Assembly (NCBI GenBank): GCA_041398845.1
Contig: JAWKTZ010000010.1
Coordinates: 189,758 to 253,757 of the forward strand
DNA: 64,000 nucleotides
Source of the DNA: Planctomycetaceae bacterium
GTDB taxonomy: Bacteria > Planctomycetota > Planctomycetia > Planctomycetales > Planctomycetaceae
Direction of reading: 5' to 3'
Positions within the stretch are counted from its first letter, which is position 1; each line of letters starts with the position of its first letter. The notes under the pieces are model-generated. The model made no database searches. It had not been told where the DNA came from and saw only the letters and a program-made list of their open reading frames with translations. Positions 47,992 through 57,888 of this stretch are shown piece after piece. Made by a program: the position numbers and the translations under genes.

Positions 47992-49464
47992 TCAGGTTTC
48001 TGTGACCTGATACATGACCATTCGGCGGTATAGGGTGTCCCATGTTTCGATCGTCGCCAGCGCGGACCAGAGTTCACCCCGAGACAGGCGGTCAATCACG
48101 GAATTGTTCGATTCGAGCGTATAGATCTGAACGGGCTGACTGGTGCCGGGAATTGTGCCGACCACCGTCCGGCCGCGTTCATAGCGGTGGTCAGTTCCGG
48201 AAAAGCCGTACGTTGTTGCCACCCGGTCGATCGTCACAGCAACGTTGTAAATGTGCCCGGTCGCTGCCGCGACAATTTCTGATCGCTCGTTTCCAAATCG
48301 TCCGACGCGTTCAATTTCGTCGACAAGCGCCAGCAGCGGACCGATGTCTTCGCCGTGACCGGAGCCTGCATTCGATGACGCTGTGAACGTCGTGCCAGCC
48401 TGAGTCGCTCGATCTTCAGTAGACGGATCGGTGAATGGCAACGCCGAAGAATCGGTCACCGCGTGCTGATGCGCCGTCAGAAACTCACCGGGAATCATCT
48501 GCAGGTCTGTCCGGCGAGACCAGTCGGGGAACCGAGGTATGTCGATCCGAACTTCCACCACCCACGTGATTTTATTCGACGGAACATTCAGACTCCACGC
48601 ATCAAGGTTTGGAATCGGAATCTCGAAATCATCATGGACCAGTTCGCCCGCCATGAGCAGTTCAGTGGAACGCAGCATGTGTTTTGTTTCATGAAGTGTG
48701 TGGCGATGAGTTGTTGCGTTGGTTCCGCTGCCTGATGTCGCCGCTTCGACAACGGTCAGTGTGGCTGTGATGCTGTTTATGGAAAATGATTTTCGCGGTG
48801 TAAAACTCAGTTCCACCGGCAGCGTTTCTCCTGGTCCGACAACCACATGAGGAATCTTCAGTTCGACTTCGCCGACTCGACTGGCAATCATCTTTTTCCA
48901 GAACCAGTAGACACCGCCGCCGAACAGAAACACGGGAAGCAGGAAAAGAAAGAACACTCCCAGAATCAGAACCAGGAGGCCCAGCAGTGCGAACACTACG
49001 ATTTTCGCGGGGCCGGTCAGTTGCGTCGTCTGGCCGTGAAACGGAACAACGGCTCCACGTTCCCCCGTCAGTTCCGGAGGTCGCATTCCCGCAAGCACGA
49101 TGTATTCCTCTTCGTGCTTTGGGTCAATGGCCCAAGAAACGTCAACTGCGACATGCACATAGTGGTCCACGTTGATGAAATGACCGTGGTATGTCAGAGG
49201 CCACCGTTGGGCGACAAATTCGAAGGGCAACACCAGTTCTTCGCCTGCCTGCAGCGGAACCATTTCAGAAAGCCGAATGGTGTGCTTCTCACTTTCATGG
49301 CGGTTGCCACGTCCGTGAGTCCTCCAGAAATGTGTGAGCACAATGCCGTTGCTGCGAATGTCCTGATTCACCTGAATGTGAACTTCGCCGGACACCGTAT
49401 CGCCCCCGCGATACGTTCGATCCGGGCGACCAAAGACAATCTGGATTTCACATTTCGACATCAC
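47992..49464 (-). CDS. Spo0M/arrestin-like beta-sandwich membrane protein
   Basis: YRGGDTVSGEVHI..WRTHGRGN..PFEF..PLTYHG...YVHV resembles arrestin_N/Spo0M. Central 36-aa hydrophobic stretch, then a second similar sandwich. Confidence 0.65.
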   Translation of the reverse strand: MMSKCEIQIVFGRPDRTYRGGDTVSGEVHIQVNQDIRSNGIVLTHFWRTHGRGNRHESEKHTIRLSEMVPLQAGEELVLPFEFVAQRWPLTYHGHFINVDHYVHVAVDVSWAIDPKHEEEYIVLAGMRPPELTGERGAVVPFHGQTTQLTGPAKIVVFALLGLLVLILGVFFLFLLPVFLFGGGVYWFWKKMIASRVGEVELKIPHVVVGPGETLPVELSFTPRKSFSINSITATLTVVEAATSGSGTNATTHRHTLHETKHMLRSTELLMAGELVHDDFEIPIPNLDAWSLNVPSNKITWVVEVRIDIPRFPDWSRRTDLQMIPGEFLTAHQHAVTDSSALPFTDPSTEDRATQAGTTFTASSNAGSGHGEDIGPLLALVDEIERVGRFGNERSEIVAAATGHIYNVAVTIDRVATTYGFSGTDHRYERGRTVVGTIPGTSQPVQIYTLESNNSVIDRLSRGELWSALATIETWDTLYRRMVMYQVTET

Positions 49465-49494
49465 TTACATCTCACACCAAAGTCCATCGCGTAC

Positions 49495-50109
49495 TCAGAC
49501 ATCACACACTCTCGCCAGATTCTGGAATCTCACATACAGTTCGTGAAGCGAACTGCGAAGATCCGGCCCGAATTTCCGCAATAGTTCCTGTGCTGTTTCC
49601 TGAGTTACTGTGGGGACCGGACCCGATGATCGTCGAGCCCACGCGATCCGGGCGTTCGCCAGTTCATACAGTCGCTGCACATTTGTTCCGTACTGAACGT
49701 GGATCGTCTGGACGCGGCGACCGGCCCGCTGGAGTGACTTTGTAAAATCACGATGAGTTCCCAGAACCAGAGGGACTCGCTGTCGAAAAACCCGGACCTG
49801 TTGCCAGAGCGTCAGTCTCTGTGCTTCATCGATTAGAACCGGGTTGCCGACCGGCACTTTGATCCGCTGTCCTTCGGGAATGTGAACATATGCCGCGTTC
49901 GCAAACTGAGCTCGAATGGCCAGCAGATGCGTCGTCTTGCCATATCCTTTCTCACCGACAAACTGAACGGCAATGTGCGGATCGGTCAGTTCGAGAGTGA
50001 TCGATTTCACATCCACTCGTGCCAGAGCAGTCCAGTCGGCCGCACACAGTTCGCCAAAAGGATTCTGTCGCAGATTCAGATGAGCGTAGGGTAGTTGACA
50101 CGGATCCAC
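49495..50109 (-). CDS. Small P-loop ATPase (AAA-like)
   Basis: N-terminal RQNPF, Walker A GEKGYGKTT, Walker B VLIDEAQ. Confidence 0.8.
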   Translation of the reverse strand: MDPCQLPYAHLNLRQNPFGELCAADWTALARVDVKSITLELTDPHIAVQFVGEKGYGKTTHLLAIRAQFANAAYVHIPEGQRIKVPVGNPVLIDEAQRLTLWQQVRVFRQRVPLVLGTHRDFTKSLQRAGRRVQTIHVQYGTNVQRLYELANARIAWARRSSGPVPTVTQETAQELLRKFGPDLRSSLHELYVRFQNLARVCDV

Positions 50110-50245
50110 AGATTCTCCGGTCCTCAGCAGAAGAAAACATTCATCCTGCCAACTGGGTTTGCAGAACGAAGGGCGTTGTCGGTATGCTTCATTGCAGTCT
50201 CAGGTCCAGCGAATGTTTCCTCACCACCCTCCGGAGCCTCTGATT

Positions 50246-50728
50246 ATGAAAAAGTCACTGTTCACACTGTTGACGGCTTGTGCCGCACTTGCCTTTGTCG
50301 TTTCTGCAGGTCACGCAGAAGACGACAAGCCGAAGAAGAAAAAAGAAGTTACCACGACGACCTGTCCTGTGGCTGGCAAGGAAATCAAGATTGCTGACGC
50401 CAAAACGGTAGCTTACAAAGACGCTAAGGTCTACGTCTGCTGCGATAAGTGCAAAGCAAAAATGGAAGAAGACGCCAAGCCGTTTGCCGTCAAAGCCAAC
50501 CAGCAACTGGTGCAGACAAGACAATACCGTCAGACCAAATGCCCACTTAGCGGCGGAGAAATCAACAAAGAACAGAAGACAAAAGTCGGAGCCACCATGG
50601 TGCGATTCTGCTGCGAAAAATGCAAAGGCAAAGTCGATGAAGCCAAAGGCGATGCTCAGTTGGAACTGGTCTTCAGTGACAAAGCGTTCGCACAGGGCTT
50701 CAAAGCCGCGAAGAAAAAATCTGAATAA
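50246..50728 (+). CDS. Exported protein with two YHS/TRASH metal-binding repeats
   Basis: Signal peptide. CPVAGK..YVCCDKC and CPLSG..RFCCEKC. Confidence 0.85.
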   Translation: MKKSLFTLLTACAALAFVVSAGHAEDDKPKKKKEVTTTTCPVAGKEIKIADAKTVAYKDAKVYVCCDKCKAKMEEDAKPFAVKANQQLVQTRQYRQTKCPLSGGEINKEQKTKVGATMVRFCCEKCKGKVDEAKGDAQLELVFSDKAFAQGFKAAKKKSE

Positions 50729-50759
50729 TCTTCGGCAGACAACTGGAAACCGTCACAGG

Positions 50760-50787
50760 GGCGTTCGATTGATCGAACGCCTTTTTT
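50760..50787 (+). terminator. Rho-independent terminator
   Basis: GGCGTTCGA-TTGA-TCGAACGCC followed by TTTTTT, 31 bp after the YHS gene stop. Confidence 0.85.
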
Positions 50788-50831
50788 ATGTCATCCCATC
50801 TGATTCACCGGACCAGGTCATTACGAAATCC

Positions 50832-51227
50832 ATGATGATCGAAAAAACGGCCGCGAACTTTTCTGCTCATGTTCATGAACTGGGCAAAGTGACCGTATTC
50901 TATATTCCATCCCACAAACTGGACGACCCTCGTTACTTCAACGGCTCACAGACGGCGCGCATGGTGACTCATGACTTCCTGATGGAACGCTATCGCGCGT
51001 ACACACAGTCACCCACTCCGGTAAAAGGCTACTGGGCCGACCAGCATGGCGTCATGGTTCACGATGTCATGGAACGCTTTGAAGTGTCCTTCGGAAGCGA
51101 ATCAGAATTCAACCGCCTGATCGAATTCCTGGTCGACATGTGCGTTCGACTGACTGAAGACGCCATCTACGTCACGCGAGGAGAACGCAGCTTTCTGGTG
51201 CAGCGACTTCCCGATAACCGGTCGTAG
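50832..51227 (+). CDS. Small hypothetical protein (about 131 aa)
   Basis: Coding-like alpha/beta sequence from ATG 50832 (VTVFYIPS..VKGYW..ERFEVSF..EDAIYV). The longer ORF-track start overlaps the YHS gene. Confidence 0.7.
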   Translation: MMIEKTAANFSAHVHELGKVTVFYIPSHKLDDPRYFNGSQTARMVTHDFLMERYRAYTQSPTPVKGYWADQHGVMVHDVMERFEVSFGSESEFNRLIEFLVDMCVRLTEDAIYVTRGERSFLVQRLPDNRS

Positions 51228-51231
51228 CACA

Positions 51232-52569
51232 TCAGGCAAGCAGTTCCTGAATCACGCCGGTGGAATCCTGAAATTCCGAACCCGCATCAACACCGGCTCG
51301 ATCCAGCATGGTATGCCAGACGCAGGACAGCGGAGTTTGTTCCGGCAATCGTAAATGGCCCTGGTGCTGCACACCTGCCGCCTTGCCGCCGAACAGGCAC
51401 GTGGGCAACCGGTCTTTGGAATGGCCGATCCCCATGCCGCTGCTGAAGCCCAGCAACGTGTGGTCCAGCAAGGTGGAACCATCCGGTTGTTTCATGGATT
51501 TCAGGCGGTCCAGAAAGTACCCCCACTGTTGCATATAGATGCGGTCGACTTTCGCCAGTTCGGCAAGATTCTTCGGGTCGTTGCCGTGATGAGTCAGTTC
51601 GTGGAACCCTTTGCTCACGCCGAATTCCGGAAACGACCCGCCCGCACTTTCCTGTCGCACCACGTATGTGATGACTCGGGTGGAATCGCTTACGTACGCC
51701 AGAACAATCAGGTCGTAAGCCATTTTGGCGTACCTGTCATACGAAAACTGACCGGCTGGCATGTGGACCTGGCAGCTTTCTGAAAAGTCACTCATGCCCG
51801 TCGTGTCGACAGCAGGTTTGGGCTTCACGTTCCAGTCGATGTCACGTTCCAGTTGCTGTTCCACTTCGCGAACGCTCGTGAGGTATTCATCCAGCTTGAT
51901 GCCGTCCTGTTTGCCAACCTGCCGTTCCAGACGTTTGGCGTCTTCCATGACCACATCCAGAATGCTGCGTCGCTGGCGGAAGCCTCTTTCTCGAAGTTCT
52001 TTTTCGGCCGGTCCGTCGACCTTGAACAGTCGGTTGAACAGCACATGAGGATCGTTTTCGGACGCCAGAGGAACTCCGTTGCGGTTCCATGACAGTGTCC
52101 TGAGGTTGCCCCCAAATCCGGTGCCTCGCTCGACGCACATCTGCAGCGACGGAAAACGAGTTTCCCGACCGAGCTGTTCCGCTGCGATCTGATCCATTGA
52201 CACGGAGTTCCTGATTGCCCCGTTGTCTTTGGCTTTGACGCCGGTTGAAAACGTATAGTCGCCATCATGGCCACCGCCGTGTTTCAAAAACGTTCCAGAG
52301 AAAACCGTAAAGTCGTCTCTGTGCTTCTCCAGAACCCTGAGCGTTGGCGACAGGGTATAGTTGCGGCCTTCGTCCTGCGGTTCAAATTCCCGCATATTCA
52401 TGCCGGTGCCGAAATAGAACAGCCCCAGACGTTTCGGCGTCGACGCAGCAACGCTGACAGCATTCGCAGTTTGCGGCAACATGGCTTCCAGCAGCGGGAG
52501 TGCCATCACTCCGCCTGTCCCGCGAAGAACCGTGCGTCGAGAAATCTGTCTGGCATGCGTGTTTGGCAT
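51232..52569 (-). CDS. DUF1552 domain protein (second copy)
   Basis: ISRRTVLRGTG, RFPSLQM, TLSWNRNG, LAYVSDSTRVIT, FHELTHH. Confidence 0.9.
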   Translation of the reverse strand: MPNTHARQISRRTVLRGTGGVMALPLLEAMLPQTANAVSVAASTPKRLGLFYFGTGMNMREFEPQDEGRNYTLSPTLRVLEKHRDDFTVFSGTFLKHGGGHDGDYTFSTGVKAKDNGAIRNSVSMDQIAAEQLGRETRFPSLQMCVERGTGFGGNLRTLSWNRNGVPLASENDPHVLFNRLFKVDGPAEKELRERGFRQRRSILDVVMEDAKRLERQVGKQDGIKLDEYLTSVREVEQQLERDIDWNVKPKPAVDTTGMSDFSESCQVHMPAGQFSYDRYAKMAYDLIVLAYVSDSTRVITYVVRQESAGGSFPEFGVSKGFHELTHHGNDPKNLAELAKVDRIYMQQWGYFLDRLKSMKQPDGSTLLDHTLLGFSSGMGIGHSKDRLPTCLFGGKAAGVQHQGHLRLPEQTPLSCVWHTMLDRAGVDAGSEFQDSTGVIQELLA

Positions 52570-52666
52570 TTTTCGAAGACCAAGAGTGGAGAGCGGAAAG
52601 CCGATGTCAAAATCATGCAGATCGCCGCTTTCCGCGTTCAGCTTTCCGCTATTGTCTTTGTCCATC

Positions 52667-55180
52667 CTACTTCGTTCGAAACGCGTCCGAAAGCACAATT
52701 CCTTCGATCAGGCTTTGCAAAGTCTGGTTGTTGGCTTTCATGTGTTTCACCAGCCCGTCGATCGTTGTGCGGTCGCTCGGTTCGACAATGCGGCCCAGCG
52801 CATATGTAAACAGCTTTTCGCTGAGTCCTCGCAGAAATCGATCGCTCTGGTCACGGAGCGCGGCGCGGAATTCTTCGATAGTGGTGAAGGTAACGCCATT
52901 GGGTAGAGTTCCGCTGGCGTCAACGACTGCTTCATCGGGCCACCAGCCTCGTTCACCGTCCTGTTTTGTCCGCCACTGGCCAACGACGTTGAAGTTTTCC
53001 AGCGCCAGGCCATAAGGATCCAGTGTGCGGTGACAGCTTGCACACGCGGGAATGGTGCGGTGCTGGTCGAGTCGCTGCCGCACGGTCAGGTTTTCGCCCT
53101 GAACGTTAGGTTCGACCTCGCCCACATTCGGCGGCGGTGGTTTGGGAGGATCATTGAACAGCACGTCCAGAACATACTTGCCGCGTTCCACCGGCTTGGT
53201 GCGATTGCCGTCACTGCCAAATTTGTGAACGGCCGCCATCGTGGTCAATCCTCCTCGATGAGAATCCGCAGGCAAAGCGCCCCTGGTAAATTCACGGCCC
53301 TGAACTCCATCGATGCCGTAGTATCGGGCCAGAGGTTCGTTGGCCATCGTCCAGTCGCTGTCCAGAAAATCCAGCACGCTGCCACCGGTGTTCAGAATGT
53401 GCCGGAAGAACTCCAGCGGCTCCGCATTGATGGCTTCATTCAGTCCGGCGTTGCGGGTGCTGTAGAAATCGCGATACAGATTACGGTCCACAGCAAAACG
53501 GTCGAATTCATCTGCCTTTAGCCACTGCCGCGCAAACCCATCCACCAATGCGGTGGCGCGATCATCGTTGAGCATGCGGTGGACGTGCCGCAGAAGCTGA
53601 TCAACGCTTTGTAACTCGCCGTTGTCGGCTGCAATGCGAAGCTGTTCATCAGGAATGGAACTCCACAGGAACAGACTCAGACGAAACGCCAGTTCGTGGC
53701 CGGTGAGCTGACGCGGGCCGTCGTCAGCGGTGAGACTTCGGTCCGGCGCGGATTCGTTCACCAGCAGAAACTCCGGGCTGCACAGCATGGCGATCAGGCC
53801 CGATTTCACGGCGTCCGGGAATGTCTCGCCATGGTGCTGTTCGCTGGTGATCATTTTGGCAATGCGATCCACCTCGGTGTCATCGACCGGGCGGCGGAAG
53901 GCAATCGGCAGCAGGCGGGCAACGATTTCCCGCGCATATGCGGGGCCGAATTCGCTTTGATTCAGGCCGCGATGAAACACCACCTGCGTGCTGCGCGGGG
54001 GCCATTGATCGTACAGCGGCCCTTCCAGTTCAATCCAGTCGAACAGGATACGCGGCATATGATCGGTGGTTCGGGAATCCGGATGTTCGCGGCCCTGATT
54101 GGGAAAACCCTGAGCTCCCATTTGAGCTCGCAGGCGTCCTGCCCGCTGTGCGTCGCCGCCGGTAATCGCCGCGTCAGCCGCTCGATTCAGGTCACTGAAA
54201 TGGTAATTGACCGTCCCGAACGGCGGAGCGTCTTCGAACTGAATACCGATTTCATCACTCCCCGGCACATCAAACGCGCGTTCCACTTCGATCACTTCCG
54301 GAGCGTCCAGCGTGCCGGGAACTTTGCCGAAATAGATGTCGCCATCACCGCCACGACTGATTCGCATATACAAGGCCTCGCGGTCCTTTGCATCGGCACC
54401 CACACGAACGCGCAGCCTGTAGCGACCCCGGACGGGAATCAGTTGACCGTTCCATGGATGCCGCAGGTTGTCGTCCGACCGCATCCCCTGCGACATCGTG
54501 ATGATGCCGGTGTCGGTAACAATCGTTGTGCGAGATTCCTTGATATAGCCGATGCCGCCGTCGATCTCTTCGTATTCCATGCGATTGCGGCGAGTCGGCA
54601 CGGGAGGCGGGCCGGTGATGACGGCTTTGTCTGCCACGATCGACGCAATCTCAAAGTACTTCTCCATCAACGAAGGATCCAGGAGCAGCGCCTTGCTCAC
54701 TTTGTCGAAGCCGTTCAGTGTTCCGTCCGGTGGCAGCAAATCACGCGGTCCTTCGCCGGGAAGGAACTCCACCGCCAGCAGATCTCGCACGATATTGGCG
54801 TACTCGCTGCGGTTGAGTCGCCGCATCAGAACTCGGCCACCGGTGCTCTTCGCCTGCATGGCCGCGTCGCGCAATTCCGTGGCGATCCAGTCGGTTGTTT
54901 GTTCGATGAGTTCAACGGGGGGCTGGGCTTCACCATCCGGCGGCATTTCGCCAAGGTTCAGATTGTCCATGACTTCGATCCACTTTGCGGCGGTTTGTGA
55001 ATCGGAAAAATTCGCTTCGAGAGTATCCAGTCGCAGATCACCTTCCCGAGTTTTTGACCCATGGCAGGCGATGCAATGCGTTTTGATGAGTGTCGTGACG
55101 GCACCGGGCAGCTCAGCGAGCGAAGTTGGCGAAGAGACGGCCACGGAAAGCATCAGGATGATGAGAGATTGCGATTTCAT
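52667..55180 (-). CDS. DUF1592-family protein with c-type heme motifs (second copy, enlarged)
   Basis: CIACH, CASCH, RRLNRSEY, LAFRLSLFLWSSIPD, TKPVERGKYVL, YALGR. Confidence 0.92.
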   Translation of the reverse strand: MKSQSLIILMLSVAVSSPTSLAELPGAVTTLIKTHCIACHGSKTREGDLRLDTLEANFSDSQTAAKWIEVMDNLNLGEMPPDGEAQPPVELIEQTTDWIATELRDAAMQAKSTGGRVLMRRLNRSEYANIVRDLLAVEFLPGEGPRDLLPPDGTLNGFDKVSKALLLDPSLMEKYFEIASIVADKAVITGPPPVPTRRNRMEYEEIDGGIGYIKESRTTIVTDTGIITMSQGMRSDDNLRHPWNGQLIPVRGRYRLRVRVGADAKDREALYMRISRGGDGDIYFGKVPGTLDAPEVIEVERAFDVPGSDEIGIQFEDAPPFGTVNYHFSDLNRAADAAITGGDAQRAGRLRAQMGAQGFPNQGREHPDSRTTDHMPRILFDWIELEGPLYDQWPPRSTQVVFHRGLNQSEFGPAYAREIVARLLPIAFRRPVDDTEVDRIAKMITSEQHHGETFPDAVKSGLIAMLCSPEFLLVNESAPDRSLTADDGPRQLTGHELAFRLSLFLWSSIPDEQLRIAADNGELQSVDQLLRHVHRMLNDDRATALVDGFARQWLKADEFDRFAVDRNLYRDFYSTRNAGLNEAINAEPLEFFRHILNTGGSVLDFLDSDWTMANEPLARYYGIDGVQGREFTRGALPADSHRGGLTTMAAVHKFGSDGNRTKPVERGKYVLDVLFNDPPKPPPPNVGEVEPNVQGENLTVRQRLDQHRTIPACASCHRTLDPYGLALENFNVVGQWRTKQDGERGWWPDEAVVDASGTLPNGVTFTTIEEFRAALRDQSDRFLRGLSEKLFTYALGRIVEPSDRTTIDGLVKHMKANNQTLQSLIEGIVLSDAFRTK

Positions 55181-55328
55181 GCGTTTCGTAGCTCGATCTC
55201 TCTGAGTCGAGCAGCTCAGGGGAATTCAGAGGTGTTTCGGCCAGGGCGTTCGTGATGTTCGTCGTGAGCTGTTTTCGAGAGTTGTCGGGTCTATGCGATT
55301 CGAAATTGCTTGACTCACAGAGAGCAAG

Positions 55329-57758
55329 TTACGGGGTCCAGTCGACGGTGTACACGATCACGTTGGTCTTCGGCATCCGCTTTTTCAGTTCGTTCATTTT
55401 CTCCTCAGTCATCTGAGTATCGTTGCGCGGCAGCCAAAGTTCCGTCAGCCAGACCGCTGGTTCCATTTTCATTAAACCGTCGTTGGTCAGAGCGGCCGCA
55501 GGCTGGATACCCCGCTGAGCCAGCCTCAGTTTTTTCAGCGATTTCACCCGCGATAAATACTCAAAGGCGACATCGGTCAGGCCAGGTGTCAGTAATGTCA
55601 GGTCCTGGAGTTCGGGAAGGTTGACCAGGGATCTCAGGCCGGAACCAGTGATGTTTTTGGACTGAATGGTCAGTCGTTTCAGCCGATTGATGCGTCCGAG
55701 CGCGACGACGCCGGTGTCGGTGATGCGATGGCAATGCAATTGCAGTTCCTGAATGGAAAATGCCTGAGACAAGTGCTGAAGTCCGACATCGGTCAGGTCA
55801 TCGGTGACGATGCGAACATCTTCAATGCGCGGGATTGATGCGATTGCGGTCGCCGCCCGATCACCGGCATGAGTGTCTGTCAGATTCAGTGAGCGAAGTT
55901 TCTGCAGTCCGGCCAGCACCGCAAAATCGTCGTCCGCGAAACCGGTGCAGCGATCAAGATGAAGCCGTTGCAGGTTGCTCAGTCCGGAAATGACGTCCAG
56001 GCTGCTTCCCGTCAGGCCGCCCTGCCCGTCCAGTTGCAGTTGTTGCAGCCGAGGAAACTTCGCCAGATGAACAGTGTGATGATCCGTCAGCGTGCCATCG
56101 TGTCCATACATCGCGGTCGAACTCAATGACGTCAGCGGGCAGCCGACGAACGCTTCGAGAAACAGTCCCGTGGCTTCGTTTTCGTAAACATGCAGCGTCC
56201 GAAGCTGACGATTGCCGCTCAACTGAGCAATTCCGCTGTCTTTCAGTCCGCCCGCAGTGCCGAAGCATTCGAATTCAACAAGCGACGTCAATCCGTTCAA
56301 CATCGCAAGCTCGCGATCAGTCAGCGGCGAGCTGCGAGGAAACTTCAGCACTTCCAGTTGTGCGAGCCGATTCAACGGCGACAGGTCGATCGTTGTCGGA
56401 TCGAAGTCGCTCGCAATTTCCAGCGACTTCAAAGTGCTCAGCGAGGCAACGGTATTGATGCTCGCCTGAGACAACCGACCATCGCGTTTTCGCCATGCGA
56501 TACGAACTCGCTCAAGATCCGGCAGCCGTTGCAGGTTGATCAGGGCTGCCTCGTCAAAACTCTCACCTTCGAATCGCACTTCCAGATCCAGACCACGTGA
56601 TGAATACACCTTGCCGCCAGCCGCTTTCACTGCAGCCACCGCAGCCTGTTCTGCCGTGTACATCTCGCGAGCTGTTGTCGATACGTTTGCGTCCGCGTCA
56701 CGAGCAATGCGGAAGCCAATATAGCACGCAGCATCTTCACGATCCCAGTACGTGCGGCTGGCCGAACGACAGATCAGATCTCCGTTGTACCAGCTTCCGC
56801 CACGAATGGTGTGAAAGTTGTTGGCGGGTGTCTGAGGGCGATTGGTGTTGACCGGATCAACGGCCGTTCTGTTAGGTTGATCGTAGCGCGGCTTCTCGAA
56901 ATCCTTGTACACCGTATCCAGCCACAGATCTTCGCACCATTCCCAAACGTTGCCATGCATATCGTGCAGGGCAAAGGCATTGGCTTCGTAGCTCTTCACC
57001 GGAGCCGTAAACACATACCCGTCTTCCGGATCGTTGTCAAAATCCAGCAACCATTGGCGTTCGGCCGCGTGTTTGCGATGACGCTCAAGTTCGACATTGC
57101 CGAGGTTTCCGTATTGATGCACAACACCTTTCGCCTTGTCGCCAAACGAAAACCATGTTGACGTTCCGGCCCGACATGCGAATTCCCATTCCGCTTCTGT
57201 TGGCAATCGATAATGGGCGCCATCCTTTTCACTCAGCCATTCACAATAGGCCTTCGCATCCGCCCAGCTCACGCCGACCACCGGATGATTGCCCTTCTGC
57301 GGGAAACCCGGATTCTTCCATGTAAACTTCGCGTCGCGAAGAAAGTCGTACGATTGGTACAGCGGTTTATCGGGCGGTGTTGGTTCCCAGCCGACCATTT
57401 CTGTCTGCTGCCGTTCGGCTGACGTTTTGTAACCCGCAGATGTCACGAACTCAGCGAACTGATCCACCGTCACTTCGGTTTCGGCTAGATAGAACGGCTT
57501 CGTAATCCATGTCACATGAGCTGGATCTTCGGCGTTGCCGTAGAATTGTCCGGTGGTTGACAGCGGGAAGGCTTTCTGCAGAGTACGTTCGCCGCCCGAT
57601 GTTCCCTGGACAAAGCGGCCGCCGTGCATCAGCCGCAGCGTGGTGCCTGAAGAATCCTGAATCGCTTCCTGAGCACCAGCCGTTGCCACCAGCGCCAGCA
57701 ACGCAATCCACATTCGCACAGACGACAGGGACCGCAGAGGTTGACATTGGTTGTTCAC
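55329..57758 (-). CDS. Exported FGE-sulfatase (SUMF1-like) domain + leucine-rich repeat protein
   Basis: Signal peptide (alternative start 57713). ETEVTVDQF, NHPVVGVSWADA, RLPTEAEWE, LHDMHGNVWEW, RGGSW, IGFRI. About 12 LRR units (LxxLxxLxL..itD.gl). Confidence 0.92.
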   Translation of the reverse strand: MNNQCQPLRSLSSVRMWIALLALVATAGAQEAIQDSSGTTLRLMHGGRFVQGTSGGERTLQKAFPLSTTGQFYGNAEDPAHVTWITKPFYLAETEVTVDQFAEFVTSAGYKTSAERQQTEMVGWEPTPPDKPLYQSYDFLRDAKFTWKNPGFPQKGNHPVVGVSWADAKAYCEWLSEKDGAHYRLPTEAEWEFACRAGTSTWFSFGDKAKGVVHQYGNLGNVELERHRKHAAERQWLLDFDNDPEDGYVFTAPVKSYEANAFALHDMHGNVWEWCEDLWLDTVYKDFEKPRYDQPNRTAVDPVNTNRPQTPANNFHTIRGGSWYNGDLICRSASRTYWDREDAACYIGFRIARDADANVSTTAREMYTAEQAAVAAVKAAGGKVYSSRGLDLEVRFEGESFDEAALINLQRLPDLERVRIAWRKRDGRLSQASINTVASLSTLKSLEIASDFDPTTIDLSPLNRLAQLEVLKFPRSSPLTDRELAMLNGLTSLVEFECFGTAGGLKDSGIAQLSGNRQLRTLHVYENEATGLFLEAFVGCPLTSLSSTAMYGHDGTLTDHHTVHLAKFPRLQQLQLDGQGGLTGSSLDVISGLSNLQRLHLDRCTGFADDDFAVLAGLQKLRSLNLTDTHAGDRAATAIASIPRIEDVRIVTDDLTDVGLQHLSQAFSIQELQLHCHRITDTGVVALGRINRLKRLTIQSKNITGSGLRSLVNLPELQDLTLLTPGLTDVAFEYLSRVKSLKKLRLAQRGIQPAAALTNDGLMKMEPAVWLTELWLPRNDTQMTEEKMNELKKRMPKTNVIVYTVDWTP

Positions 57759-57789
57759 TGAATATTCCCCGGCATTCCGCTGACTGATA

Positions 57790-57888
57790 GAGGCTATCTG
57801 AAAAAGGGGTCTGACCCTCTCCGGGCAGCCTTTTTGACTGTCATTTTGCTGACCTCCAAAGGGTCAGCCCCCTTTTTCACATAGCCTC
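57790..57888. mobile_element. MITE/REP-like element with 29-bp terminal inverted repeats
   Basis: GAGGCTATCTGAAAAAGGGGTCTGACCCT (57790-57818) against AGGGTCAGCCCCCTTTTTCACATAGCCTC (57860-57888): 27/29 inverted match, 41-bp core, no ORF. Confidence 0.75.

Noticed and set aside
53696-55000. Long antisense ORFs such as 6544-7866, 18766-19791, 39109-40257, 42084-43034 and 53696-55000
   Set aside because: Shadow frames opposite well-supported genes, as expected in GC-rich DNA, with no domains.
1135-57758. The two FGE-domain proteins as maturation enzymes for the sulfatases in the window
   Set aside because: Both lack the catalytic Cys pair after RGGS, and are fused to TIR or LRR domains.
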